A stretch of DNA of 22,723 nucleotides from Vulcanisaeta sp. AZ3 (GCA_000960865.2 JZWU02000025.1:1-22723), one strand, 5' to 3'; counted from the stretch's first letter, positions 1 to 9,048 are shown. Notes: a model not told the origin generated them from the letters alone. A program made the numbers and translations.

Positions 1-658
1 TAGCAACATCCTCTGGACTACCCACTGTTGCTGACAAACCAATTATTTGCGGTTCTCTACCAATTAACCACTTGATTCTCTCGAGCGTTAGTGCAAGTTG
101 GGTGCCTCTCTTATCCTCGGCTAATTCGTGAATCTCATCAATAATTATCCATCTAAGTCTCGATAAGTGCTCCCTCAATCTCTTACCTGATAAAATTGCT
201 TGGAGTGTCTCCGGGGTTGTTATTAGCATGTGGGGTGGATCCTTACTTTGCCTAACTCTATCGCTTTGGTCTGTATCGCCATGTCTAACACCAACCTTAA
301 TACCAACTCTTTCACCCCACCAAACCAATCTATCAAGTAAATCTCTATTCAACGCCCTTAGGGGTGTTATATATAGTATGTATATACCCTTATCAACAAA
401 CTCACCCCTGTCTAAACCCCACCTAAGCATTGAGAGTACAGGTAATACTGCAGCCTCGGTCTTACCACTACCTGTTGGTGCTATTATTAATACATTACGT
501 CCGTTAAGTATCCTAGGTATAGCAAGCTTCTGAGGCTCCGTAGCCTTTAAAAACCCTCTTTCAACGAGAGAGGATTGAATTATGGGATGCAGTAGTCTGT
601 AAACATCGTCTAAGTCCCCAACCACTGCAGAAGCCTCTGAACTCTTACTATTGCTCAT
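1..658 (-). CDS. lhr: Lhr-like DEAD/DEAH-box SF2 helicase, 5' part (runs off the window start)
   Basis: Not in the ORF track. Manual translation from ATG at 658 gives [27 protein letters not shown]... with Q motif (TEPQKLAIP), Walker [55 protein letters not shown] and IGLSATVG. These are Lhr-family signatures. Confidence 0.93.
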   Translation of the reverse strand, partial: MSNSKSSEASAVVGDLDDVYRLLHPIIQSSLVERGFLKATEPQKLAIPRILNGRNVLIIAPTGSGKTEAAVLPVLSMLRWGLDRGEFVDKGIYILYITPLRALNRDLLDRLVWWGERVGIKVGVRHGDTDQSDRVRQSKDPPHMLITTPETLQAILSGKRLREHLSRLRWIIIDEIHELAEDKRGTQLALTLERIKWLIGREPQIIGLSATVGSPEDVA

Positions 659-836
659 TAACCAACACTTTACAGTAATGTCTCGAACCTAAGCTATTTT
701 AAACCATTTGCTTTAGTTAAAGTGAAAAATAAACCAAGAAACTTATAAATAACCATGACGACACCGATTTAATAAATAATATGGTAAGATTACGATTAGG
801 TGTGCTTAAATAGCTCAATCCTAAATAACTAGGCTA

Positions 837-1016
837 ATGCTTAGGTGTAGTGCATGTGGTTCAGTTAAGGTTACAGTCTTAATAGAGGGAAAACCTTATT
901 GCACATACTGCGGCGCAAAGATATTAAGGACACACCTCATTAGGACCTTAATAAACATGAAGAGAGAGGGATTAATAACTTCGGCAGTGAATATCGAGAG
1001 TTACGAGGATGTCTAA
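837..1016 (+). CDS. Small C4 zinc-finger protein (59 aa)
   Basis: Manual translation: MLRCSACGSVKVTVLIEGKPYCTYCGAKILRTHLIRTLINMKREGLITSAVNIESYEDV*. It has two CxxCG knuckles and a TATA-like TTAAATA about 24 nt upstream of the ATG. Confidence 0.8.
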   Translation: MLRCSACGSVKVTVLIEGKPYCTYCGAKILRTHLIRTLINMKREGLITSAVNIESYEDV

Positions 1017-1057
1017 TGAGGAAACTAAAATAAAGCTCTCCCTAGTGCTTAGCGGTA

Positions 1058-1822
1058 ATGAATAATCGTAGGTTATTGAAAGCAACATTAATAACTGGAT
1101 TATTAGTGATATTAATAGTAACACAGATAGTAACCTATGCACAACAACCCGGTACAATCACCAATGTTATAAACAACAGCATTAGGAATGCCCTGAAGGA
1201 GTGTGGAGTGAGGAGTGCGGTTGTTATAACGGAGAGCCCAAATGTTATAAGCAAATCATCTATCGAAGTAATAATTAGCCTAAGCAATAATTACGAACTC
1301 TCATTAATATTAAACTTAACGAATGGAGAAATACCAATAGGTGGTGTTAATATTACAGTAATAGCTAATAATGGTAAACTATGCTATTCAAAATACATTC
1401 CAATAGAAACTAACATAAGTAATTATGATTATGCAATAATCAATACTAATCACTTCATTGAGATATTATCATACTCTGGGCAGGCACCAATGATTACAAA
1501 TAACTCAAGATCTTTAGTCGCGTATGGTACTACGATAAACTCAGCCGTGGTTATACCTAAAATAGTACCCACTGCAGTGGGTAATGTTATATGTACCACA
1601 GGAACATTAACGCCAATATACATGGTTAATTTGTTTGGTAGGCCCATAATGTATATAATAATACAGTTAAGTCCAACAAGTAATAAGGCTATGCTCTGCA
1701 GGTTTAGCCAAAGTATTGTTATTAGTTATTGGCTTATTGCTGCACTCATAGGTATATCTGTGGCCTTGATATATGAGGCTATAATAATCATTATAAAAAC
1801 TCCTAGATTAGGTATTACTTAA
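1058..1822 (+). CDS. Hypothetical secreted, C-terminally membrane-anchored (glyco)protein
   Basis: Basic plus hydrophobic N-terminal signal peptide, Asn/Thr/Ser/Ile-rich body with several N-x-S/T sequons (NNS, NLT, NIT, NIS), and a hydrophobic C-terminal helix followed by K/R. Confidence 0.75.
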   Translation: MNNRRLLKATLITGLLVILIVTQIVTYAQQPGTITNVINNSIRNALKECGVRSAVVITESPNVISKSSIEVIISLSNNYELSLILNLTNGEIPIGGVNITVIANNGKLCYSKYIPIETNISNYDYAIINTNHFIEILSYSGQAPMITNNSRSLVAYGTTINSAVVIPKIVPTAVGNVICTTGTLTPIYMVNLFGRPIMYIIIQLSPTSNKAMLCRFSQSIVISYWLIAALIGISVALIYEAIIIIIKTPRLGIT

Positions 1823-2371
1823 TAGCCATTCGCCCAATGCACGGAAGGCCTTGGCTCTATGGGATAGTTTATTCTTAACCTCAACTCCAAGTTCTGCGAA
1901 GGTCTTATTATAACCCTGCGGTATGAATATTGGGTCAAAGCCGAAGCCTTCTGAACCTCTGGGCTCGTGTGCTATTAAACCATTAATAATTCCTATGAAT
2001 AGCTTGGTAATGCCATTAGGACCACATAGGCCGACCACGGATTTGAAGTAGGCGGTTCTATCATTTGTGTTAATCATTAATTTTAAGACTCCATTAAGCC
2101 CTATTGTTTTATATACATAGGAGGAATATGGCCCTGGAAAGCCGTTCAATGCGCTTATGAAAAGTCCATCATCCTCGATAACGAAGTATTCATTTACGGA
2201 TTCTCTACATATGTTAGTTATGGCATTGTTTACAATATCCTCAAGGCTCTCACTTTGTATCTCAAGCTTCTTATGTGACGTATCTAACTGAAGCTCTATA
2301 TCATACTCCCTAAGTACTGATAATGCCTCCAAGAACTTACCCCTATTGCTAGTTACAAAGAATACCTTCAT
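1808..2371 (-). CDS. rdgB: XTP/dITP diphosphatase (Ham1/RdgB family)
   Basis: Motifs TSNRGKFLE, IEDDGL, GFPGPYS, GFGFDPIF and KNKLSHRAKA. Confidence 0.96.
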   Translation of the reverse strand: MKVFFVTSNRGKFLEALSVLREYDIELQLDTSHKKLEIQSESLEDIVNNAITNICRESVNEYFVIEDDGLFISALNGFPGPYSSYVYKTIGLNGVLKLMINTNDRTAYFKSVVGLCGPNGITKLFIGIINGLIAHEPRGSEGFGFDPIFIPQGYNKTFAELGVEVKNKLSHRAKAFRALGEWLLSNT

Positions 2372-2420
2372 ATTTATTTAAGTACCAATTCAAGGGCGAT
2401 TAATATCTTTTAACTGCACC

Positions 2421-3173
2421 TTACTGTGCACTCACGTTGGCGTAATCAAGGACTTTCTTTAATAAGTCACTCTCTGGAGGTACACCTATGAATTCCACAT
2501 TACCCGTGTCCTGGTTATCCCTCTTAAGGATGACTGTTGGTACGGCCGAGACTTGATACATATCTGCAATGTCACTTTCCTCATAGGCTTCAACAGTTAT
2601 TGAAATCACCTTACCCTTACTATCGTATGCGAACATATTAGCCATTAAGACTGCGTATGGGCAATATGGGCATGATGGTGTGACTACCGTCATTACCTCA
2701 ACCTTATTATTCGTATTTGAATTTAATAGCGCCTCAAGGCCTTTCTTGGTTTTCGGCCTTAATTTTGTCTCACCAATTGAGATTCTAACTATGGTCTCTA
2801 TGAATGCTCTAACCTCCTCACCGAGTGGTGCGCCTAAGTATTTAATTGCGCCATCGAGTAGGTAGATTACAGGTACTCTCTGTGGCTCAACATTGTACTT
2901 AGTAAAGAGATCGCTATTCTCCTCAAACTTTATCTTCTTAATAGTGAGCATGTTTGGGGGCGCCAGGCTGGCGAGTAGATCGAGTAGTTCCTCTGTTGGT
3001 ACGCACCAATTCGTATCTCTATTACCGCAGGTATTGCTTGTGAAGAATAATACTTCCACTGGATTCTTCATTTGCGATAGTATCTCCTTTATTACCTCCT
3101 TAGTTTCTTCATCAACCTCTATATGAGGCACCTCTGCAGTACCCTGTGGTTTCTCAAGTGGTGTTGCAGACAT
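2421..3173 (-). CDS. Protein disulfide oxidoreductase (PDO, two thioredoxin units)
   Basis: C-terminal unit has CPYC and cis-Pro loop AVPT. N-terminal unit has RVP and GAPLGEE. The N-terminal cysteines are spaced C-x7-C. Confidence 0.9.
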   Translation of the reverse strand: MSATPLEKPQGTAEVPHIEVDEETKEVIKEILSQMKNPVEVLFFTSNTCGNRDTNWCVPTEELLDLLASLAPPNMLTIKKIKFEENSDLFTKYNVEPQRVPVIYLLDGAIKYLGAPLGEEVRAFIETIVRISIGETKLRPKTKKGLEALLNSNTNNKVEVMTVVTPSCPYCPYAVLMANMFAYDSKGKVISITVEAYEESDIADMYQVSAVPTVILKRDNQDTGNVEFIGVPPESDLLKKVLDYANVSAQ

Positions 3174-3250
3174 TCCTTCTTCGTAGGAATTAGCCCCCTA
3201 TAAAAAGCCTTTTTGCCCATTATTTTATAATGACCAAGTTAATCGTAAGA

Positions 3251-3688
3251 TTATGAAGCACTACTTTTCCTTCTGCTCTTTCTCCTGGCTTTTGCCTTGC
3301 TTTTCTTAGACTTAGATTCTTTTTTCTTTGCTTTTTTCTTCTTCGTCTTTTTAACCTCACTCGACACTTTACTAATTAACTCCTTAATTACACCGCTCTC
3401 TAACCACTTACTAATCTTCTCGGCTTCCATATCAACTACGTCATTAATTATTGTTTGCTTTACGAGATCCGTACTAATTAGTAATACCTTACCCAGCGCC
3501 TTGTTAGATCCTATGCTTATTGTCCTCTGGAACTCTTCACCAAGCTTTTCCCTAATGTATCTTCTTAACTTCCTATATCTTTCTTCATTGAATTCCTTAA
3601 CGTATAGGGCCTCTAGTAGTGTGTTTTTATCATCCTTAAGGAATATGAATTTTAACTCTTCATCACCAACCTCCTTTATTAATTCCAC
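3251..3688 (-). CDS. Hypothetical protein with a very Lys/Arg-rich C-terminal tail
   Basis: ORF track gives 3251..3727. Start moved to GTG at 3688 because BRE/TATA AAAAGGCTTATTAG (3724-3711) lies about 24 nt upstream. Tail is KKTKKKKAKKKESKSKKSKAKARRKSRRKSSAS. Confidence 0.8.
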   Translation of the reverse strand: MELIKEVGDEELKFIFLKDDKNTLLEALYVKEFNEERYRKLRRYIREKLGEEFQRTISIGSNKALGKVLLISTDLVKQTIINDVVDMEAEKISKWLESGVIKELISKVSSEVKKTKKKKAKKKESKSKKSKAKARRKSRRKSSAS

Positions 3689-3743
3689 GGTGATGAGAAT
3701 CCACGGAAAACTAATAAGCCTTTTCAAAGGAAATCCTTGTTGT

Positions 3744-3757
3744 GAAATGCTTTTAAT
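3744..3757 (+). promoter_or_regulatory. BRE/TATA promoter of the C/D box sRNA
   Basis: GAAATGC-TTTTAAT ends about 27 nt before box C. It is divergent from the promoter of the 3688 gene. Confidence 0.6.
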
Positions 3758-3782
3758 CCTCAGACCATGCTAATAAAGCCTT

Positions 3783-3840
3783 GGATGATGCAGGACTTAA
3801 GTGCTGATTTCCAGATGAGGATGAACCCACGAACTGATTA
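3783..3840 (+). ncRNA. Box C/D 2'-O-methylation guide sRNA
   Basis: Box C ATGATGC 3785-3791, 12-nt guide AGGACTTAAGTG, box D' CTGA 3804-3807, box C' ATGAGGA 3815-3821, 12-nt guide TGAACCCACGAA, box D CTGA 3834-3837. This is canonical archaeal geometry, it is intergenic, and it has an upstream TATA. Ends are approximate. Confidence 0.88.
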
Positions 3841-3843
3841 AAA

Positions 3844-4098
3844 TTAAACGAGACCGAGCCTTGACAGTAAGTCGTAGGCGTTGTACTCGGGTGTTAGCTT
3901 TACATAGGCCTTCTTTTCTCCTGTCATTGCTATCGTGGTGTTTACTTCCTCAACCTTAACGTTGTACGTCTTCTCAATGTAATCCCTAATTTCCTTCTTC
4001 GTGGTGCTCCTAGGCACTATGACTGTAATCTTGTTATCCCTCTCGGCAAGTCTTAAACTCTTCTCTGTTAAGACGAACTTAACAATCACGCCCCTCAC
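3844..4098 (-). CDS. rpl23: 50S ribosomal protein uL23
   Basis: Motifs TEKSLRL, ATK-like TTKKEI, VNT and GEKKAYVKL. It follows rpl4 with a 4-nt overlap. Confidence 0.96.
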   Translation of the reverse strand: MRGVIVKFVLTEKSLRLAERDNKITVIVPRSTTKKEIRDYIEKTYNVKVEEVNTTIAMTGEKKAYVKLTPEYNAYDLLSRLGLV

Positions 4099-4925
4099 CC
4101 CATGAATAAGCCCTTACGTAATTCCTCAAGAGCGTTTAATGTCCAGAGCGTTAATCTACCAGGTACACCACCAGGTGCTAAGTGTAGCACACTTAGGTTC
4201 TTCACATAAACGGCATCGGCACCAGGTAGGTTCCTTGCAATCTTAATAACTGGGGAATCGCTTGAGGAGACTATGATGAGTAAACTCTTACCCTCCTTAT
4301 ACCTTCTACCCCTCATTTTACCCTTACCAGACCTAATTCTGACTCTCTCAGCAACCCTCTCAATATCATCCCAGAGGCCCATTGTTAGGAGGACCTTTTT
4401 AAGATCGGCCATTACTCCAATTTTCTCAAAATCATTACTGATTATTAATGGTATTTGGGGTACCTTATCAATGATGTGGCCTCTTGCCATAACGAGATCC
4501 CTCACTGCAGTAGCTGCTATGGCTGATCTAATGGCTTTCCTACGCTCCTTTCTATTTATCCTCTCATGAAGCACCTTTTCAACCTTTGGCGGATGGGCCC
4601 TTCTACCCTTAACTACGTTTGGTGCAAATCTGGCGGTAGGCCATAAACTACCCTTAACCCTGGGGACCCTGGCTAAACCAAGCCCTATGCCGAAGCTTAC
4701 GGCTGTAGTCCTCTTACCAGCCATAATATCCGTACCCTTTGGTTGCAATCTTGCTGTTAATGCACTTATATATGCCCTAAGTATTAAATCAGGTCTCACA
4801 GGCTCTAAGAACTGCTGGGGTAGTGATGTTTCACTAATTGCACTACCATCTAGCCCGAAGACCTTCACCGTGGTTGGCACGGTATATAATGGCTTTATTA
4901 TGGGTGTTAGATCTTGCGATACCAT
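4095..4925 (-). CDS. rpl4: 50S ribosomal protein uL4
   Basis: Motifs VRPDLI, GLARVPRV, GRRAHPPK, RSGKGKMRGRRYK and LAPGGVPGRLTLWT. Start set at ATG 4925, 2 nt after the rpl3 stop, rather than 4961. Confidence 0.96.
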   Translation of the reverse strand: MVSQDLTPIIKPLYTVPTTVKVFGLDGSAISETSLPQQFLEPVRPDLILRAYISALTARLQPKGTDIMAGKRTTAVSFGIGLGLARVPRVKGSLWPTARFAPNVVKGRRAHPPKVEKVLHERINRKERRKAIRSAIAATAVRDLVMARGHIIDKVPQIPLIISNDFEKIGVMADLKKVLLTMGLWDDIERVAERVRIRSGKGKMRGRRYKEGKSLLIIVSSSDSPVIKIARNLPGADAVYVKNLSVLHLAPGGVPGRLTLWTLNALEELRKGLFMG

Positions 4926-4927
4926 GC

Positions 4928-5956
4928 TTATGCACCTTGTAACGGTTGTGTTGATAGCCACACTATTTGAACTTTACCGGTTGGGTATGTCTTTGGCCTA
5001 GGTCTAACTGGGAATCTAAGTGTAACGAGTCTCTTGACAACGCCTGGTACTGTGCCATCCAAAACAATGTAGGGTCCCTTAATAATGCCATAATGTGGAA
5101 AACCTGAGCTTGGTGTTACCTCGGCACCGTTCATGCCTATCTTGAGAATCCTCTTATTATACTCTGTCCTCTTATGAAGACCCATCTGTCCAGGTCTTGG
5201 TGTTGTAAATGTTAACGCCGGGTTTTGAGGACCAATTGCACCAATCCTCCTATAGCCCTTCCTATGCTTATGCCATCTGGGTAGTATCTTAACATTGAAC
5301 CTCTTAACAACACCTTGCAACCCCTTACCCTTGGTTATGGCTGCAACATCAACGTACTGACCCTCATTGAAGATATCGGTTATGTTAATGTCCTTGCCTA
5401 GTATTGAATCTGCATACTTAATTATTTGATCTACATCATCGACGCCGCCAATCGGTATCTCAAGAATTTCAGGGGTCTTCTTGCCAATACCGCTGAGCCT
5501 CGGTTGTGTCGCCGCTATTGCTCTTATCTCCATTATAACATCCCTATTGTTTATTATCTTCTTCATCATTTCCTCCTTATTTAATTTCTCAGGTAATGCC
5601 GTAATCCTTCTAAGGATATCCTTAGACACCTCTGGCGTCCAAACCTCACCAATACTAAGCTTTAGGTTTTTCCATGGATCATAAGTATAGGCCCTAAAGG
5701 CCAATACCTTTATCGGTGGTGCATCTAGTATAGTTATGGGTCTTATGATCTCCTTACCGTAGAATGGGCTTGTCTGTCTATCATCAATTATCACTGCATG
5801 CGCCATACCAGCCTTGTATGCCGCAAAGCCTAGGAGCATTGGTTTACCTACATGTGGGTCCGGCCACACTCGGAACTTAGCCACTAGGGACTCAGCACGC
5901 TTCCTTGGGTAGTAGGCCATGGATCCACGCTTAGGCCTATGAATCTTTAAACCCAT
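4928..5956 (-). CDS. rpl3: 50S ribosomal protein uL3
   Basis: Motifs HRPKRGSMAYYPRKRA, YKAGMAH, TKGKGLQGVVKRF and GQMGLHKRTEYNKRI. Confidence 0.98.
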   Translation of the reverse strand: MGLKIHRPKRGSMAYYPRKRAESLVAKFRVWPDPHVGKPMLLGFAAYKAGMAHAVIIDDRQTSPFYGKEIIRPITILDAPPIKVLAFRAYTYDPWKNLKLSIGEVWTPEVSKDILRRITALPEKLNKEEMMKKIINNRDVIMEIRAIAATQPRLSGIGKKTPEILEIPIGGVDDVDQIIKYADSILGKDINITDIFNEGQYVDVAAITKGKGLQGVVKRFNVKILPRWHKHRKGYRRIGAIGPQNPALTFTTPRPGQMGLHKRTEYNKRILKIGMNGAEVTPSSGFPHYGIIKGPYIVLDGTVPGVVKRLVTLRFPVRPRPKTYPTGKVQIVWLSTQPLQGA

Positions 5957-6036
5957 AACTCAGCCCTACGTTAGCCAAACCCCATTTTTAAAGATTATTA
6001 AACTAAACCTAGATCAGTCCTGTGTTGATTATGAGT

Positions 6037-6897
6037 TCAGGATATTGAACCACGCAGATACCTAAGTAGGTTGAGTATCGATAGAACTGCAATTACAGCC
6101 TCCTCAGTCCTTACAGTCTCAACACCCTGACTTGGTATGAAATTTACGAATGGATAGCTCTGCAGAACGTTTCCCATGCCCTCAGCCTTTAATATCTCAT
6201 CAACACCATGATGGGGCGAACCAAATATAACAAGTAATCTCTCTCTATCCATGAGGCCCCTAATTTCATTCATGACATTCCCAATGTCTATCCCCTCCTT
6301 TCCCGTTAATATTATGGTGCTGTAATCCCTAAACAATGTGCCTAGATCTACAATCTCTACGTCAAAACCCCAATAGATGCTTAAGCGGTCCTTAGGAACT
6401 ACATGGGCTCTATAGGTGTCGCCTCTACTTGTTGGTGCATCAATTTGAATTACTACCCTGGTTCCCAAGGGCATTGGCTTTGGGACCTTAGCATATATAT
6501 TATTACCAATCTTAACTATTGAGAAATAACCATCCCACTTAATCACAATTCCTTCCCTAAACTCGCCTCTCTCCGGCTCTCTCTTCACTACATGACTTGG
6601 TATCTTGAGTGGCGGCAATAAACCTGCGTACTTAAGATCTCTACTTAACTTAAAGATATCCCTCCTTAAATATGGTGGTGTTGATAGGTATTGAAGATTC
6701 TTCAATATGAATTCCGCTCTATCCTTATCATTAGCCAGTTTATGCCTATAAATAATGATCTTACTAACCTGAAATATTGCAGCGCCCCTACCTAAATAAC
6801 CAATCTTCCTAATTGCCTCCCTCTCATCGGGTGCCTCGGCCAGGAAGTCGCTGGGTATTGCTATGTCGATTATTGGTTTGAGCCTTACTATCTTCAT
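6037..6897 (-). CDS. Putative SPOUT RNA methyltransferase (DUF171/MTH1-like)
   Basis: Motifs YLSTPPYLR, AGLLPPL, YWG, FGSP and NFIPSQGVETVRTEEA. The position upstream of rpl3 is typical for this family in archaea. Confidence 0.9.
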   Translation of the reverse strand: MKIVRLKPIIDIAIPSDFLAEAPDEREAIRKIGYLGRGAAIFQVSKIIIYRHKLANDKDRAEFILKNLQYLSTPPYLRRDIFKLSRDLKYAGLLPPLKIPSHVVKREPERGEFREGIVIKWDGYFSIVKIGNNIYAKVPKPMPLGTRVVIQIDAPTSRGDTYRAHVVPKDRLSIYWGFDVEIVDLGTLFRDYSTIILTGKEGIDIGNVMNEIRGLMDRERLLVIFGSPHHGVDEILKAEGMGNVLQSYPFVNFIPSQGVETVRTEEAVIAVLSILNLLRYLRGSIS

Positions 6898-6942
6898 TTT
6901 AACACCAAGTATATTTAATCAAGTTCAGTTCTATTAATGACA

Positions 6943-7059
6943 TTACTTCTTTCCCTTCTGCTTACCTTGACCCGTTTCTGTAGTTTCCGTTACCTTACCT
7001 AGCCTCCTTTCCTCCTCCTCACTAGTCATAAATAAGCTTGTTCTTTGACGACCACCCAT
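6943..7059 (-). CDS. 38-aa charged microprotein absent from the ORF track
   Basis: Manual translation: MGGRQRTSLFMTSEEEERRLGKVTETTETGQGKQKGKK*. It fills the secY-methyltransferase gap, has host-like codons (GAG, AGG, AAG, GGT), and has TATA TTTAAAA (7089-7083) about 24 nt upstream of the ATG. Confidence 0.65.
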   Translation of the reverse strand: MGGRQRTSLFMTSEEEERRLGKVTETTETGQGKQKGKK

Positions 7060-7093
7060 CGAAAGTATTAATCATAAGACCCTTTTAAATACT

Positions 7094-8533
7094 TTAGGTC
7101 TTACCAACAAGCCTCTTAAGCCCTGGATATATCTCGAATAATTGCTCCTGGAGCGCTAATGAGTAATACTGTATTATTATCTCTACGACAAGTATTAAGC
7201 CAAGGCCACCGCCAAAGACCCCAGCTATATCCCCAAGGGCTGCTATAACACCAACAATTAAACCGCTAACTACGGTCAGTATCTTGATATACCTATCTAG
7301 GAACTTAGCAATAACCTTCTGGCTTGTTCTAAAGCCCGGTATTTGCATACCACCCTGGACTATGGATCTTGCTTGATCCTCAGCACTTAGACCTGCTAGG
7401 TTAACCCAGACAATTGCGAATATCATGGACAACACGGCATACATTATTATGTGCACGGCTATGTATGCTGCATTTATGTTTTCTGGAACAACTGTGAAGT
7501 AATAAAGTAGGGAGTTGGGACATGGCAGTAGTCCCGTGGGCCCTACGTGAGCACAAGCTATCCAATTAAGTATTGGATTTGTGTTAGCCTTATTATAAGC
7601 GCTCCATAATAATGTTAATCCTTCACCAACGAAGTACACCGTGTATGCCGTGAATATTATTGGCAATACCGACACATACATTAACTTAAGGGGTATCGAG
7701 AACTTGTAACCTCTGTACTGAACCATGGCCACGGGTATTGAAACCTCCATTAATTCTAAGTAAAGCACTATTAGGGCTAAAGCTATAGTAGCTATTAAAC
7801 CTGTAAGGCTTGGTTCAGAAACATTATACAAAATACTCATTAGATAACTAAGATGACCAGCTAACGCGTGGTAAATTGATGCGGCAAGGGCTGGTATTAC
7901 ACCGAAGGGTATTACTGAACCTGGTGGTGTAAAAGGTGAAAAGGCTTCGGCAAACATTCGCATGAGAATAGCTACAAGTATGAATAGTGCTATTCCACTA
8001 CCTAAACCCCAACCCTTAGATATCATATCGTCCATAAGTACTATTATTAGAGTTGCTATGAATAGTTGAATGACAATTAAAGAACCGTAAAGTACACCAG
8101 GACTATAGGGAATTAATTGCCCGCTCACTACTAATGCCACAGCTTCGAGGAATCCAAAGACTAAAGATAATAACTTCAGTAACGCATTGAATTTTGCCTG
8201 GTCCTCTGGGTCCTCCATATCTATGTTTATTAAATCAGAAAAGACTAGTATCTCTAATATTATACCCGCTACCACAATTGGGCCTATACCTAGTTGGGTT
8301 AGGGTTCCAAAACTTATACCAAGTATTACGGCTATTGCTGGCGATGCGAAGAATGATACCGCACGGAGGCCATAAAGGGGTGTGATGGACATGAGTAGGT
8401 ATACCGTTATTGCCAGGAATGTCCAGAATAATCTAGAACCCATGCTAAGGGCTTCCTTGGGCTTAGGTACGGTGGGCATTAATCGTAGTAATGGCTTCAC
8501 AGAGTCTATGAACCTACGCCCACCATCAGGCAT
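7094..8533 (-). CDS. secY: Preprotein translocase subunit SecY (Sec61alpha)
   Basis: About 10 TM helices with GTLTQLGIGPIV, MDDMISKGWGLGSGIALFI, PLKLMYVSVLPIIF and QIPGFR. It follows rpl15. Confidence 0.98.
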   Translation of the reverse strand: MPDGGRRFIDSVKPLLRLMPTVPKPKEALSMGSRLFWTFLAITVYLLMSITPLYGLRAVSFFASPAIAVILGISFGTLTQLGIGPIVVAGIILEILVFSDLINIDMEDPEDQAKFNALLKLLSLVFGFLEAVALVVSGQLIPYSPGVLYGSLIVIQLFIATLIIVLMDDMISKGWGLGSGIALFILVAILMRMFAEAFSPFTPPGSVIPFGVIPALAASIYHALAGHLSYLMSILYNVSEPSLTGLIATIALALIVLYLELMEVSIPVAMVQYRGYKFSIPLKLMYVSVLPIIFTAYTVYFVGEGLTLLWSAYNKANTNPILNWIACAHVGPTGLLPCPNSLLYYFTVVPENINAAYIAVHIIMYAVLSMIFAIVWVNLAGLSAEDQARSIVQGGMQIPGFRTSQKVIAKFLDRYIKILTVVSGLIVGVIAALGDIAGVFGGGLGLILVVEIIIQYYSLALQEQLFEIYPGLKRLVGKT

Positions 8534-8999
8534 GCACTATCCCCTTAATTAACTCTACCGAACCGCCTGCCGCCCTAACCTTCTCCTCGGCCTTCCTCGA
8601 AACCCAGATTGCCTTAATAACCATTGGCTTAGTAACTTTACCTCTACCCAGCAATTTATTGAAGCCTAGCTTTGGTAAATCAACCACGTATTTATTATCA
8701 ACAACCTGAACTAAATTCTTACTCACTAATTCGTCGAGCATCAACTCGAGCTCACCAACATTAATACTAAGCTTAGCAGCAACTATTGCCTGAGGCTGTG
8801 TAAAGCCGTGCTTACCATAGAATGGGTAACCACTTGAGTCCTCAGCGTACTTCATCACGTAGGACCACTTATGCTTATGATAACCAACATTACCCCTACC
8901 ACCACTAGATCCGCTCTTCCTATGCTGCCCAACCCTGCCCCAGCCATGCGTCCTAGAGCCTCTATATTTCCTCGCTTTTTTCTCGAACCTCCTAACCAT
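8526..8999 (-). CDS. rpl15: 50S ribosomal protein uL15
   Basis: Motifs RKYRGSRTHGWGRVGQHRKSG, GKHGF, KLLGRG and AEEKVRAAGG. Start set at ATG 8999, with TATA TTATTA about 25 nt upstream. Confidence 0.96.
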   Translation of the reverse strand: MVRRFEKKARKYRGSRTHGWGRVGQHRKSGSSGGRGNVGYHKHKWSYVMKYAEDSSGYPFYGKHGFTQPQAIVAAKLSINVGELELMLDELVSKNLVQVVDNKYVVDLPKLGFNKLLGRGKVTKPMVIKAIWVSRKAEEKVRAAGGSVELIKGIVHA

Positions 9000-9048
9000 G
9001 ATTACGACTGAGTATAAGAAACCCTTAATAAGTTTTATAGCTCTCAAG

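Noticed and set aside
228-533. Shadow ORFs antisense to clear genes (228..533, 2680..2865, 2893..3126, 3297..3773, 4273..4569, 4687..5001, 9260..9583, 9699..10013, 13782..14078 and others)
   Set aside because: They lie opposite well-supported genes and have the L/S/I/P-rich composition expected from reverse-complemented host codons.
781-813. 10-codon uORF (MVRLRLGVLK) after a strong TATA at 743-749, and also an 18-codon ORF at 1009-1065
   Set aside because: Both are too short to distinguish from chance without expression data.
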